64,000 nucleotides of DNA from Azolla caroliniana. Lineage: Eukaryota > Plantae > Polypodiophyta. The translations under genes and the position numbers were made by a program. The stretch is taken from contig JBHGNT010000002.1 in the NCBI GenBank assembly GCA_043228905.1, positions 22,692,001 through 22,756,000 of the forward strand, written 5' to 3'. The notes beneath the pieces were generated by a model, which was not told where the DNA came from, did no database searches, and saw nothing but the letters and a program-made list of their open reading frames with translations. Positions 1 through 12,738 of the stretch are shown piece by piece. Within the stretch, counting starts at the first letter, position 1. Every line of letters begins with the position of its first letter.

Positions 1-1976
1 TGGAGAGTGAAATGTGGGCAGTGTGTCTCGACTCTCACCTAATCTCAATGGAAGCAAAAGAATCACATAATCTTTTTATTTTCAAGTTGTTATCGATAGG
101 CATCCTCCCCTTGTTACATCCCTTTCAATTCTTGTCTTAGTTGAAGCTAGTAGGGATGCATGTTTGTGGAGAGCAACTTCAAAAGATGTCCTCACACCTC
201 CTTTGGCATTTTTGCATCTTGATTGTAAGCTAGCATATGATTGTGCATACACAATCCTAGGTTATACATAGCATAACTCGTCTCTTGTGGCCATCCCACA
301 AAGTTGGCATGTTGTGACTTAGGTAGCACCAATACCCATGTACAAAAAAGTATTGTATCATCTTGTAATTCCAAATTCTAAAGGTTCTAATTGAGCTTTT
401 CACTAATGAGTGGGCTTCCCATTTGCATATTCATATTTCATATTGCTTTTCTTCCTATTCTCCCATTCTCAACATACTAACGTGCAATGGTGTTCTTCCA
501 CCTCGTCTATAGCCTCATTACAAAGCTTTGGTCGATCCTCAAGTCAACACAAGCAAATTCATTGGGAAGACGCGATTCATCTTGTCTGCACAAAAACATG
601 TGATGATGTTCTTCCACCCACACTGTTTTGTAGCCTCACTATAAAGCTTCGAGTCAATGCAAGGAAATTGGTTCTTCTTGAATTACGACATCAATCACAA
701 CATCAAAGAAGCAAATGGGCTATAAAGATCATGTGATGATGCTCCAATCCCATGTACATCGTAAAGATATTGAACTCAAGAAGCAACGAAATAGTGATAT
801 GTAGAATGTGTGTGTATTTGTGTGTGAGAGATAAGAAGAGATAAAGATAAAGATAGAGAATGTATGTTTAAGCAAGTTGGGGTTAAACATAAGTTACTCT
901 TAAACTATACTTAACCCATTACAAGAGAGGACTGGGATGCTTTATAGTTTAGATACTTACTCTTTCACTACCTTCCCAATAGGTGTCAAATTAGAAGGGA
1001 ATGAAATACATAATATCCTTTTTCCCATTAACTATTTATGGCAAGATTGACAATGCTAGTTTATTCTTGATGATAATGGACTTTAATACACATGGTTGCA
1101 TGGTGCACCCACCACACATGTTCACATGTTGGGCATAGTTGAGTTTCATTCTCAATAGGAAGCACTATAACATATAAGTGAGTAATAATACATTGCTAAC
1201 AAGAGAGAAGAATTTGGTCACTTGGTTCGAGCATAAATATTATGTAACACAATATTACATACCCTCAAGATGAAGGTAGTGACCATTCTTAAGTCAAGGT
1301 TTGATGGGATCCTAATTGAGACATTGTCAAGGCAAGAGACTCAGGATTTGCTCAAATTTTCTAATACACTTTAATTGCTTTCTTCCTCTAGTTAATCTTT
1401 AGATTATGAAGTTCGAACCAAGGTAGACAAAAAACAATTGGATTCTTGGGATTACAAATAATGTAGATAGAAATATTCAACCGCATGAATTAGTTCAAAA
1501 TCTTCAACCACATCTTGTGATGTAGCCTAACCTCCATCAATGATTCCCACAAACACTAGACTTGCGAGCTTATTCAAGAGGATGTTTTTTATTAACAAGA
1601 ATTCACAATCCATGAAACAAGAGTTGGCTCCTTAAAGAGAGGAGAGACAAGGACTAGCGACACCTAGATGTAATAAGCTCAACTTGTGTACAGAAACTCT
1701 ACTAACTTGATTCAATGAAATGAAATTAATCATGGAAACCGATTCTACATATTCTAAATTTTCCAACAAAATGGATCTAATTTTGGTTGGACTTACTCAT
1801 TCAACTTGACTAATTGATGAACTAGAAATAGGATTATCATGGCACTTGGTTCACTTTATATCGTAATCTATATGTGGATAATTAATTGTTATGCATTAGT
1901 TGAGCATTAGTTTGGATGCACCCAAATCACCAGACACACTTCATTGTGATATATGACTTTGGTTCCTAGGGAAGAT

Positions 1977-2270
1977 TGAAGAGAATATGCAGAATAATGC
2001 TCAGCCACAACCGAGTCTTCGATCACTTCGTTGAGAATTACAAACACAGAAATGGGAATGTGGAGATAGATGCACGTATACACAAAACACTGAAAGAGAG
2101 TACACAATATGTTTACATGGAAAACCCTAAATGGGAAAAACCACGGGAGTCCACAAACTCCAAGCCATCACTATGTAAGGAGAATACAACAAAGGAACAC
2201 AGAGGCAATGACCTCATCCTCACACTCTTCGCCTGGCGGCAGTTACAACAGAGACACACACACACACACA

Positions 2271-2317
<47 letters not shown>

Positions 2318-2610
2318 ACTCTGCTACGCTCTGTACAACAGTTACAACAATATGACAACACTATATTCTGCAACAACAAACCCTTGTTTGCCCTAGGTCA
2401 TATTTATACTAATATGAATTTTGGGCTATTTATAGATATAGCCACAATGGGCTAACAGAAACATATTTACATCTATGTCCCTTCATCCGGTGAGAGGTTT
2501 TCATCGGGCCTGCGTCATCCGGTTCTCACCAGGTCTTCCTTGCCGGGTACTCATCATCCGGTTCTCACCGAGCCTTCATCATCCCATCCGGAGGGACCGA
2601 AATCCTAACA
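1977..2610 (-). repeat. 3' LTR of Copia-1
   Basis: Matches 12109-12738; abuts the PPT; contains a (CA)n(CT)n microsatellite. Confidence 0.95.
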
Positions 2611-2620
2611 AACTCCCCCT

Positions 2621-4408
2621 TCACTCCGACATGGGATGTCTGGTTAGTCCAATTCGCTTCTGGCATGTGTCCAGCTTGTCGGGTGTCAGCACCTTGGTTA
2701 GCATATCTGACCTATTCTCCTTTGTGTGGATCTTTGTCAGCATGAACTCTCGATCTTCCACTCGCTTCCGGATCCAGTGGTACTTGCGCTAGATGTGCTT
2801 CGTCCTGGAATGATACGCCACGTTCTTCGCAAGGTGGATGGTACTTTGACTATCGCAATAGAGCCGGTATTCCTCTTGCCGGATCCCTAGCTCTTCGATG
2901 AAGTCCTTCATCCATAGTATTTCCTTGCCGGCTTCCACGACTGCCATGTACTTTGCCTCTGTGGTTGACAACGCAACTGTCTTCTGCAGCCTCGACTGCC
3001 AAGAAACAGCTCCCCCTACATATGTCATAACATATCTCGATGTTGACCAACTGGTATCCGCATCAGCCGACATATCCGAATTGGGGAAACTGTCAAGTTG
3101 GGGTTTGTCAGAGACGAATCAGAGACACATACTTGAGGTGCCTTTCAAGTACTGGAGTATCCATTTTACCGCATTCCAGTGCTCCTTGCCGAGATTGCTC
3201 ATAAACCGGCTCACCACTCCGACTATGTATCCGATATCCGGTCGGGTACACACCATTGCGTACATTAAGCTCCCGACGGCAGAGGCATATGGTATCTTCA
3301 TCATATCCACCTTTTCTGCCTTCGTCTTCGGGCTTTGCTTATCAGATAACCTGCAGTTTGCCGGAAGTGTCGATCCGACCAATTTCGCGTCTGACATGTT
3401 GAACCGCTGAAGCACATGTGTCACGTATTTCTCCTGTGACAGCCACAATTGCTTCTTTGACCGGTCCCGTATGATATGCATCCTCTGTCTTGCCGGACCC
3501 AAGTCTTTCATTGAGAAGGTCTAGTTCAGAGCCTTCTTCAACATCCGTATCTTGACTTGATCAACATGTTGTCCACGTACAGGAGGAGTATCAAGAAATC
3601 TCCACCTTCGAACTTCTTCACAAATACGCAGTGATCGGCCTACGTCTTGTGGTACCATTGATCGGTCATGAAGGAGTCGAACTTCCGGTACCATTGCCAG
3701 GGAGCCTACTTCAACCCATAGAGGCTCTTCTTCAACCGACAAACTAGGTGCTCCTTCCCTTTCTTCACAAATCCCTCCGGTTGCTGCATGTAGATCTCCT
3801 CTTCGAGGTCGCCGTGGAGGAACGTCGTCTTCACGTCTAACTGCTCTACCTCGAGGTCCATGCTTACAACTATGCTCATCACCGTCCGAATGGAAGTCAT
3901 CTTTACTACCAGGGCAAATATCTCGTTGAAGTCCACGCCCTTCTTCTGCTGGAATCCCTTCACCACGATCTTGGCTTTGTATGTTGTTGTTTTACCAACA
4001 TCTCCCGGTTTCAACTTGTACACCCACTTACTTCGGAGTGTCCGCTTTCCTTTCGGCAACTCCACCAATTCATACATGTGGTTCTCATGCAGAGAATCCA
4101 TCTCGTCCTGCATGACACTCAACCACCTGTGACTGTGGGTGTCCTCCTTTGCATGTTCGAAGCTTTCTGGTTCCCCCTCATTGGTTAGCAGCACGCGCTC
4201 TGCATCCGGAAATCTCTGGGGGGCCCTTCTCTCTCTGAGAGGATATTTCCGTCTTTGGCTTTCGGCAACCGGCTCCTCTATTTGTTCTTTCATCAGAATC
4301 CGATTCGGGGTCTTGGCCGGTTCCGGTTTCAGTTTCCTCTTCTTCTTCTGCCAGTTTGGTATCCTCACCGTAACTGGCCGGTTCTTCGAGTGTCAACCGA
4401 CTCTTAAC
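2621..4408 (-). pseudogene. Copia-1 reverse transcriptase/RNase H, disrupted
   Basis: ORF pieces 3706-4368, 3119-3511, 2789-3073 contain QLDVKTTFLHG, LKKSLYGLK, YASAVGSLMYAMVCTRPDI, SRTKHI; stops and frameshifts. Confidence 0.95.
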
Positions 4409-4692
4409 TGTCATGACGACATACATTTTGGCCTTACAAGGATTCGAGCCCAAGACGTCTTGGTCTATATGTTAGACCTTTAACCATTATACTAACATAT
4501 ATGATGTATAGTTATAATAAATGTATTATTAGTTATTACAAGATATTTAGAGTATTCTAGAACATTCTAGAGTATTCCAGAACAATCTAGAGTATTCTAG
4601 AACATTCTAGGATATTCCATGATTATATTAAATATCATAAATATCTAAAATATTCTAGAACAATTCTATAAATATTCTAAAATATTCTAGAA

Positions 4693-7600
4693 AGTACAAC
4701 AATATGAAGAATTATCTCAACGGGTGCATCAATTGGAGACTACTCTATTGAAATGACAAGCGGCGGAAGTTCAAAACTCGCCGAAGGAACCCAAGATTAG
4801 TCTGCTGACCAAGTTTGATGGTACAAGGTCTCAATTTCGTGGATTTTTAAATCAAGTACGACTTGTGATTAAATTGCATCCTAGCCGTTACCCAACTGAT
4901 GTTGCTCGTGTGGGTCTAGTTGGTACCTTGTTAACGAGTACCGCATTAGCGTGGTTTGCACCACTCCTAGAGAAGCACTCACCATTATTAGAAGATTTTG
5001 AAGGGTTTATTAATGAGTTCCAAGCCAACTTTGGAGAAACTGATAGTATGAGGACTGCAATAAACAAAATTCAGCGATTACGACAAGGAGATCGTCTTGC
5101 TTCCGCTTATGCTGCAAATTTTCGCCTTCTAGCATGTGATATTCCATGGGACGAGGCGACATTAATGGACCAATTTCGTCAAGGTCTGCGCAATGATGCG
5201 AAGGATTTACTTCTTACCTTCCATGATGATCCAAAATCTCTTACTGAAGCAGTAAGCCGGGCCGTGCGATGTGACAATCGCTTATTTGAGCGGCGTTCTG
5301 AGCGCCAACAAATGTTATGCTTTCGACCAACAGAAACATATGCTTCGGTGGTTGCAACTCCACCCCAAGTATCAAAGTCAAGTGTGGTGGAAGGCCCTAC
5401 TCCAATGGAAATCGAGACAACACGACGTCGAGGACCATTATCAGATGTTGAAAAGCAATGACGGCGAGCGAATCGTCTATGCCTCTATTGTGGTGGTCCA
5501 GGGCATATTGTTGTGAATTGTCCACATAAACCACGACGACAAGTTAACCAAGTAAGTGCTCATGACAATCCCATCTCAATTTCTGCCCCGCCTTCTCGTA
5601 ACCCAAGTAGGCCTAGTAGTCCCTGTCATAAAAATACATTTGATGTCTTGAGCCAATTAGATGTTAAACGAGTAAGTCCGGCCAAAATCAGAGCCATTTG
5701 GTTGGACAACCCTAGGCATGTAACGTTCGTCCCTAGTTGTGGTTCCATTTCATCTGGTCAAGTTAGTCGAGTTTTCTCTGCACAAGTTGAGCTTAACACA
5801 TCTAGGTGCCATCGAGTCCCAGCTTCTTCCCTCTTAGACTCTGGAGCCAACTCTTGTTTCATGGATTGTGAGTTTGCTATAATGCATAATATTCAGTTGC
5901 ATAAGCTCCCAAGCCTAGTGTCAGTCGGAGTCATTGATGGACGCCCCATAGCATCAGGTGATATAGTTGAAGAGTCTGAACCAATTCATGTAGTCCTAGG
6001 CAATTTGGCTAGTGTCATCTCATTCAACATCATTAGTAGTCCAGAGCACTCCCTAGTTCTTGGTCTTCCATGGTTTGAGCTACATAACCCAACTATTGAT
6101 TGGAGAAAAAGAACCATTGAAGAAGTCACAATACAGTCTAAGCCTCTTAAAACTCCAACAAAGGATATGACATTCCAAAAGATTTCAACAATCTCTATAC
6201 ATCAATTACGTGAGGAAGGATGGAAGGAAGACATGTTGGTGTTCGCAGTTTTAGCAACTCCCACATCGAGCTCACAAGAATCGGGGGTCCAACTACCAAA
6301 GAAATATATAGAATTCTCCGATGTTTTTGATAAGATGAAGGCCAATAGACTACCAGAGCATCGACCATATGATTGCCCGATTTATTTGTAGACCGGAAAA
6401 GAGCCTCCATGGGGTCCAATTTCTAACCTTTCACCCACGGAGTTAGAGGTTCTTCGGGAATATATCGATGAGAACTTGGCGAATGGGTTTATCCAGCATT
6501 CAAGATCTCATGCCGGCGCACCCATACTTTTCGTTAAGAAGAAAGATGGTTCACTTCGTCTGGTCGTGGATTATTGAGGATTGAATAAAGTAACTATTCG
6601 AAACCGATATGCTCTACCATTGATTTCGAGCCTTCTGGAACGCCTCAATGGAGCTAAGTATTTCACAAAGTTAGATCTTTGAGGTGCTTACAATCTTGTT
6701 CGAATTCATCCTAGGGATGAATGGAAGACTGCTTTTCGTACTCGCTATGGCCATTTTGAGTATACAGTGATGCCATTTGGTCTCACGAATGCACCAACAG
6801 TTTTCAAACATATGGCAAATGACATTTTTCGAGTTTTCCTCAATATTTTCCTCATAATTTACCTAGATGATATCTTGATCTACTCAAAAACTCAAGAGGA
6901 TCATGATATACATGTTCGACAAGCTTTGCAACGGTTGCGTGAATATGGTCTCTATGCAAAATTGGAGAAGTGCAGTTTTGACCAGTGTCAAGTGGAATTT
7001 TTGGGGTACATAGTCTCTTCACATGGCATCTCTATGGATCCAACAAAGGTTCAAACAGTTTTGGATTGGCAAACACCACAGTCTGTGCGAGATGTACAAT
7101 GTTTTTTAGAGTTCGCAAACTTTTATCGCAAGTTCATCAAAGATTATTCAAAGATCGTATTGCCCCTCACTCAACTGACACAAAAGAATCAACCATTTGT
7201 GTGGAGTATAAATGCAAACTCTGCATTTGAAGGATTAAAGCAAGCATTTACATCCGCACCAATTTTGATGCATGTTGATCCATTGAAGCGCTTTATACTG
7301 GAAGCTGATGCATCTGACTTCGCACTAGGAAGCGTATTATCCCAGATTAGCAATGATGGCCAACTGCACCCTGTGGCTTTTCATTCACGGAAATTCGAAG
7401 TTGCAGAAATCAACTATGAGATTCACGACAAAGAGCTTCTTGCCATTGTGGATTCTTTTCAACAATGACATCATTTTTTGGAGGGTTCGTCTCAACAAAT
7501 CATTGTCTATAATGATCACAAAAATCTAACGTACTTCCAAAGTGCTCGAGTCTTGAGTCGTCGACAAGCTCGCTGGGCGCAATTTTTAACTCGTTTTGAT

Positions 7601-9298
7601 TTTGTAATTCTATATCGCCCTGGGACGCAACAAGGCAAAGCAGATGCTTTATCTCAGCATTCATATATGGAACTTCAACAAGGAGAAGCCGCATTTGAAA
7701 GTCAGAAGCAAATCCTCTTGGGTCCTGACTGTCTACGACTAATGGTTTTTCATGCTATAGACACACCCGAGGATTCAAGTCTTCTAGACTCCATTCGGGA
7801 TCATATTGAGACTGATGAATTCGCCCAAGATATTCTAAACCATATTATCCTAGATCGTGCTTCTTGTTCACAATCTCAAAATCCTCGTGAAGACTACAAC
7901 CAGTTCAATTGGCATGATGGTTTACTTTTTCGACAAAATCTCTTATATGTGCCTGATGGTCCTTCTCGACTCCAAGTCTTGCAACAATGTCATGATACAC
8001 CAATGGCTGGACATTTTGGCATCCACAAGACTTTGGCGTTAATTTCTCGAAGGTATTGGTGGCCATGACTTCGCCATTTTGTTACGGATTATGTTTGTAG
8101 TTGTGATACATGTTGCCGATCCAAAAAACCTCGACATTATCCATATGGCTTATTACATCCAATGCCTATTCCTGAGGGTCCATGGAAATCTATTTCATTG
8201 GACTTCATTATGGATCTACCACCTTCCAAGGGTTTTGATTCTATTCTCACGGTAACAGATCGTTTTACCAAGATGGCACATTTTCTTCCCTGCACAAAGG
8301 CCATTACGAGCCAAGAGACAACCGAATTACTCATGTGAGAGGTGTTTCGGCATCATGGTCTTCCTGATGATATTATTAGTGATCGGAGTCCCCAGTTCAT
8401 CTCAAAATTTTGGCGGCACATGTTCAAACTCTTACATACTTCTTGCAAACTCTCTTCTGGCTACCATCCAGAAACTAACGGACAGAGTGAGCGCACCAAC
8501 CAAACAATAGAACAATATCTTCGTTGTTTTGTCAACTATCAACAAGATGATTGGGTTGATCTATTACATTTGGCGGAATTTGCTTACAACAACTCAGAAC
8601 ATTCTTCTACTGGATATTCCCCATTTTTTGCAAACATTGGGTACCATCCTCGTTGGACTATGCTTGAACATCCCGAACTCCCGACAAACCCGACTGCTGA
8701 AGATCGGCTCACCCGACTCCAAGAAGTTCAAGATATCCTTTTGCACCATTTATGTGATGCTCAAAACACTCAAAAGAAGGTTGTCGACCGTCATCGACGT
8801 GATTCATTGACTACGTTTCAAGTGGGGGATCGAGTATGGCTTTTACAAGGTCACATTAAAACAACCCGAACTTGCTGCAAATTGGATTATCAACGTTTTG
8901 GCCCATATGTGATATCTGGTAAGATCAATGATGTGGCATTTCGCCTTGATCTTCCCCCTCATATGCATCTTCACCCGGTCTTCCATGTTTCACTTTTGGA
9001 GCAGTACACAACCAACTCTATTCCAGGCCGTCTTACATCTCCCCCACCTCCAATCGAAGTTTCGGATGGCTCCGAATATGAAGTTGTTGCCATTCTCGAC
9101 TCCAAGATCGTTCGCAACAAACTGTATTATTTGGTTGACTGGTTAGGTTATACACCTAATGATCGAACATGGGAACCTCTTGAGAATCTTGCTAATGCCT
9201 CCGAAATAGTTGTTGCATTTCACAACAAATATCCTCATAAGCCAAGTCCGAAATCTTGTCTTCTAACTCGTGGAACTCGTCGTCGAAAAGGGGGATAA
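4693..9298 (+). pseudogene. Chromo-1 gag-pol (Gag, CCHC knuckle, PR, RT, RH, INT, chromodomain), multiple premature stops
   Basis: LLDSGANSCF, MPFGLTNAP, YLDD, ADASDFALG, YEVVAILDSK...YLVDWLGY...TWEP; collinear with Chromo-2. Confidence 0.95.
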
Positions 9299-9738
9299 TG
9301 TCATGACGACATACATTTTGGCCTTACAAGGATTCGAGCCCAAGACATCTTGGTCTATATGTTAGACCTTTAACCATTATACTAACATATATGATGTATA
9401 GTTATAATAAATGTATTATTAGTTATTACAAGACATTTAGAGTATTCTAGAACATTCTAGAGTATTCCAGAACAATCTAGAGTATTCTAGAACATTCTAG
9501 AGTATTCCAGAACAATCTAGAGTATTCTAGAACATTCTAGGATATTCCATGATTATATTAAATATCATAAATATCTAAAATATTCTAGAACATTCTAGAA
9601 CACTCCATAAGGACCTATAAATAGGTGTCTATTCATTCATCACAACTCATTCGGTTCAACACCAGTTTGTAGCCCCTTAGCCTACTCTTTGTAATCCTTG
9701 CTCTCTTATAATATAAACTCTCTTTCCATTTCTAGTGT

Positions 9739-9784
<46 letters not shown>

Positions 9785-9835
9785 TACCTTCTACTGTCAT
9801 CTTATTTTTCTCTCTCCTATTCTCAAGTCACAACA
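9299..9835 (+). repeat. 3' LTR of Chromo-1
   Basis: First ~290 bp repeat 4409-4660; TATA (TATAAATA) at 9616; (CT)n near the end; TG...CA. Confidence 0.92.
9435..9606 (+). promoter_or_regulatory. Heat-shock-element-like nGAAn/nTTCn array in Chromo-1 U3 (also at 4545-4692)
   Basis: TTCtaGAAcaTTCtaGAGtaTTCcaGAA... with 5-bp periodicity upstream of the TATA box. Confidence 0.6.
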
Positions 9836-12078
9836 TTAGTCGGGTAGGTTTGAATCTCATCAGTCTGATCCTTATCGGTCGACTCAGAGTTCATTATCTT
9901 CTTCTCCGACTCCCAGTCAGCAAGGGTCTTGTCCTCCATGAAGATAATATCTCGACTCCGAAAAACCTGCTTGTCGACCGGATCCCACACTCGGTAGCCG
10001 AACTCATCATCATCGTATCCGAGGAATATGCAAGGCCGGGACTTTGGATCCAACTTTGCTCTCCGATCCTTCGCCACATGCACGTAAGCGAGACACCCGA
10101 ACACCTTCAGATGCTGGTAAGACACTTCCTTACCGGTCCACACTCTTTGCGGCGTGTCTCCGACCAAGGGTACTGAGGGTGATTTGTTTATCGCGTACGT
10201 CGTTGTCGTCAGCGACTCATCCCAAAACGTCTTGGGTAACTTGGCATGTGCTAGCATACTCCGGACCCTCTCCATTATGGTCTGGTTCATCCTCCCGGCT
10301 AACCGGTTTAGTTCTGGCGTCTTCGGCACGGTAAATTCGAGCCGGATTCCCTTCGAGCGGTAGTACTCCTCAAACTGCCCCCGGTATTCACCTCCATTAT
10401 CTACTCGAACCGCCTTCAGCTTCCGGCCGGTTTTTCTTTCCACTCTTGCGTGGAGCTCCTTGAAGACGGATAACACCTGATCCTTCGTCTTCAACGGTGT
10501 GGCCCATAGCTTCCGGATGTGGTCGTCTATGAACGTCACGAAGTACTGTGATCTGGCATGTGACTTCGTGTCCACTTGACACACATCGGTATGCACCAGC
10601 TCCAATGGTGCATTTCTTCTCATCGGTGGCCTTGATCGGAAGGAGGTCCGATTTTGCTTACCGGCCAAGCAGTCGGTGCACCTCTCAAGGTGTACATCTT
10701 TCACTGGAATGAGGTTGTCATCAGCAAGCCTCTTCATCCCCATCTCGCTCATGTGACATAGTCTCTTGTGCCACAACTCACCAGCAGTGTCAGATGCCAC
10801 GTTCACTTCTTCCCGGCATAACCGAGCATTCATCAGGTACAGTGTATTGAATTTCCGGGCCCGAGCCATTATTAGGCTCCCTTTGCAGAACTTCATGACA
10901 CCGTTCCGAATGTTACCTGTGTAGCCTTCATCATCTAGCCGACCGGCTGATATCAGGTTCAGTCAAACCTCTGGAACGTGTCGAACATCCTTCAGCAGCA
11001 ACTTGCATCTGATTGATGTCGTCAACAACACATCTCCTATGCTGATAATTCGGCATGTCCCTTCATTCCCCATCCGGACACAACCATGCTCACCGGCTGT
11101 GTAGGATGAGAAGCATTTCCGGTTCGGGTTCAGGTGGAACGACGCTCCAGAATCAACAACCCACATTGTCTTGTCGCCAACAAGGTTCAACTCACTCTCC
11201 TTGGTGATGAGCATCAACTCCTCTTCACTTGCCACGATTGTCGTTGTTCCCTTCCGGTCCGGTCCTTGCCGATCTGAACCGTTTTGGTCCAGTGACTTCT
11301 TCGAATCGGTATTGTTGATTCCCTTGTCTTTCCAGAAATGTTGATAGTTCTTCTAAAAGTGCCCCGGCTTGCCGCAATAGAAGCAAGTGGGCCTCCCCCT
11401 TGACTTTGACCGTGTTCCCGACTTTTCACGGTTCTGGGGACTACGATTCCTTTGTCTTTCGCATTCTGATTCGGTAAGGAGCGCTTTAGAGTCGGAGATC
11501 GTATCCTTGTCTTTCCGTCGCGCCTCCTCATCTAGCAAGCTTGACTTGACTTTTGCTAGGGATAACTATTTTCCTTCCAGTCGGGCGTTGCCCAAAGTGA
11601 CAACCAACGTCTCCCAGCTATTCGGGAGGGAACCGAGCAGGAGCAGTGCTAGTACCTCATCGGCGAGAGGTACTTCCAACAATGTTGCCTAGTGAATCAG
11701 CCCCTGGAAGGCATTCATGTGCTCCGCCATGTTGGAGCCATCTTGGTACTAGAGTCTTACAAGATTCCGGAATACTGAAATCTGATTAACAAAAATTTTG
11801 TTCTGAAACATAATGTTGATCTTCTCCCAGAGCTCATAAGCCTTACTCTCCTCATTGAAGTTGTTGTACAGGCTCATGTCGATGAAGCACCATATGTACA
11901 CGGTCGTCTTCATGTGCATCACCTCCCATGTCGTGGCATCGATCTTGTCCGGTCTCTTGTCCCCGAACTGAACCGGCAACCAAAGATCTTTAACCACGAG
12001 CATGTCCCTCATCTTCGACTTCCACACTGAGTAGTTGGAGCCGGTGAGCTTGAACATGCCTCCCAATGAATCTTCCAT
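9836..12078 (-). pseudogene. Copia-1 gag, zinc knuckle, protease, GAG-pre-integrase and integrase, disrupted
   Basis: ORF pieces 11749-12078, 11353-11538 (CFYCGKPGHF), 10963-11235 (WVVDSGASFH), 9823-10896 (LWHKRLCH, VHTDV, DNGGEY). Confidence 0.95.
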
Positions 12079-12108
12079 TTTCTGTGTCGTTTCGCTCTGA
12101 TACCAGAT

Positions 12109-12392
12109 TGAAGAGAATATGCGGAATAATGCTCAGCCACAACCGAGTCTTCGATCACTTCGTTGAGAATTACAAACACATAAATGGGAATGTGGAGATA
12201 GATGCACGTATACACAAAACACTGAAAGAGAGTACACAATATGTTTACGTGGAAAACCCTAAATGGGAAAAACCATGGGAGTCCACAGACTCCAAGCTAT
12301 CACTATGTAAGGAGAATACAACAAAGGAACATAGAGGCAACGATCTCGTCCTCACACTCTTCGCCTGGCGGCAGTTACAACAGAGACACACT

Positions 12393-12455
<63 letters not shown>

Positions 12456-12738
12456 GCTTTGCACAACAGTTACAACAATATGACAACACTATATTTTGCA
12501 ACAACAAACCCTTATTTGCCTTAGGTCATATTTATACTAATATGACTTTTAGGCTATTTACAAATATAGCCACAATGGGCTAACAGAAACATATTTACAT
12601 CTATGTCCCTTCATCCGGTGAGAGGTTCTCACCGGGCCTGCATCATCTGGTTCTCACCGGGTCTTCCTTGCCGGGTACTCATCATCCAATTCTCACCGGG
12701 CCTTCATCATCCCATCCGGAGGGACCGAAATCCTAACA
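12109..12738 (-). repeat. 5' LTR of Copia-1
   Basis: Matches 1977-2610; followed on - strand by ATC and the tRNA-iMet PBS. Confidence 0.95.

Larger units (their letters stand above)
4409..9835 (+). mobile_element. Chromo-1: degenerate Ty3/Gypsy chromovirus (Tcn1/Tf1-like) nested in Copia-1
   Basis: LTR start TGTCATGACGAC at 4409 and 9299, end ...CACAACA at 9835; PPT AAAAGGGGGA before 9299; degenerate TSD TTAAC/TTAGT; the 5' LTR is cut at about 4692 by a deletion that removes R/U5, PBS and the gag start. Confidence 0.93.
1977..12738 (-). mobile_element. Copia-1: degenerate Ty1/Copia (Tnt1/Tork-like) LTR retrotransposon, interrupted by a chromovirus at 4409-9835
   Basis: Direct-repeat LTRs at 1977-2610 and 12109-12738 with TG...CA ends; tRNA-iMet PBS (TGGTATCAGAGC on -) at 12094-12105; PPT at 2611-2627; gag-PR-INT-RT-RH order in broken ORFs. 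No matching TSD (AAGAT vs GTTTG). Confidence 0.95.

Noticed and set aside
1907-2455. ORFs with LSLSLS or ERERER runs in LTRs (also 12066-12524, 38658-38885 and others)
   Set aside because: Translations of CT/GA microsatellites.
4409-4660. Chromo-1 LTRs nearly identical although the coding region has many stops, suggesting mobilisation in trans
   Set aside because: The comparable LTR stretch is short and very AT-rich, so it has few mutable cytosines; the contrast is not convincing.
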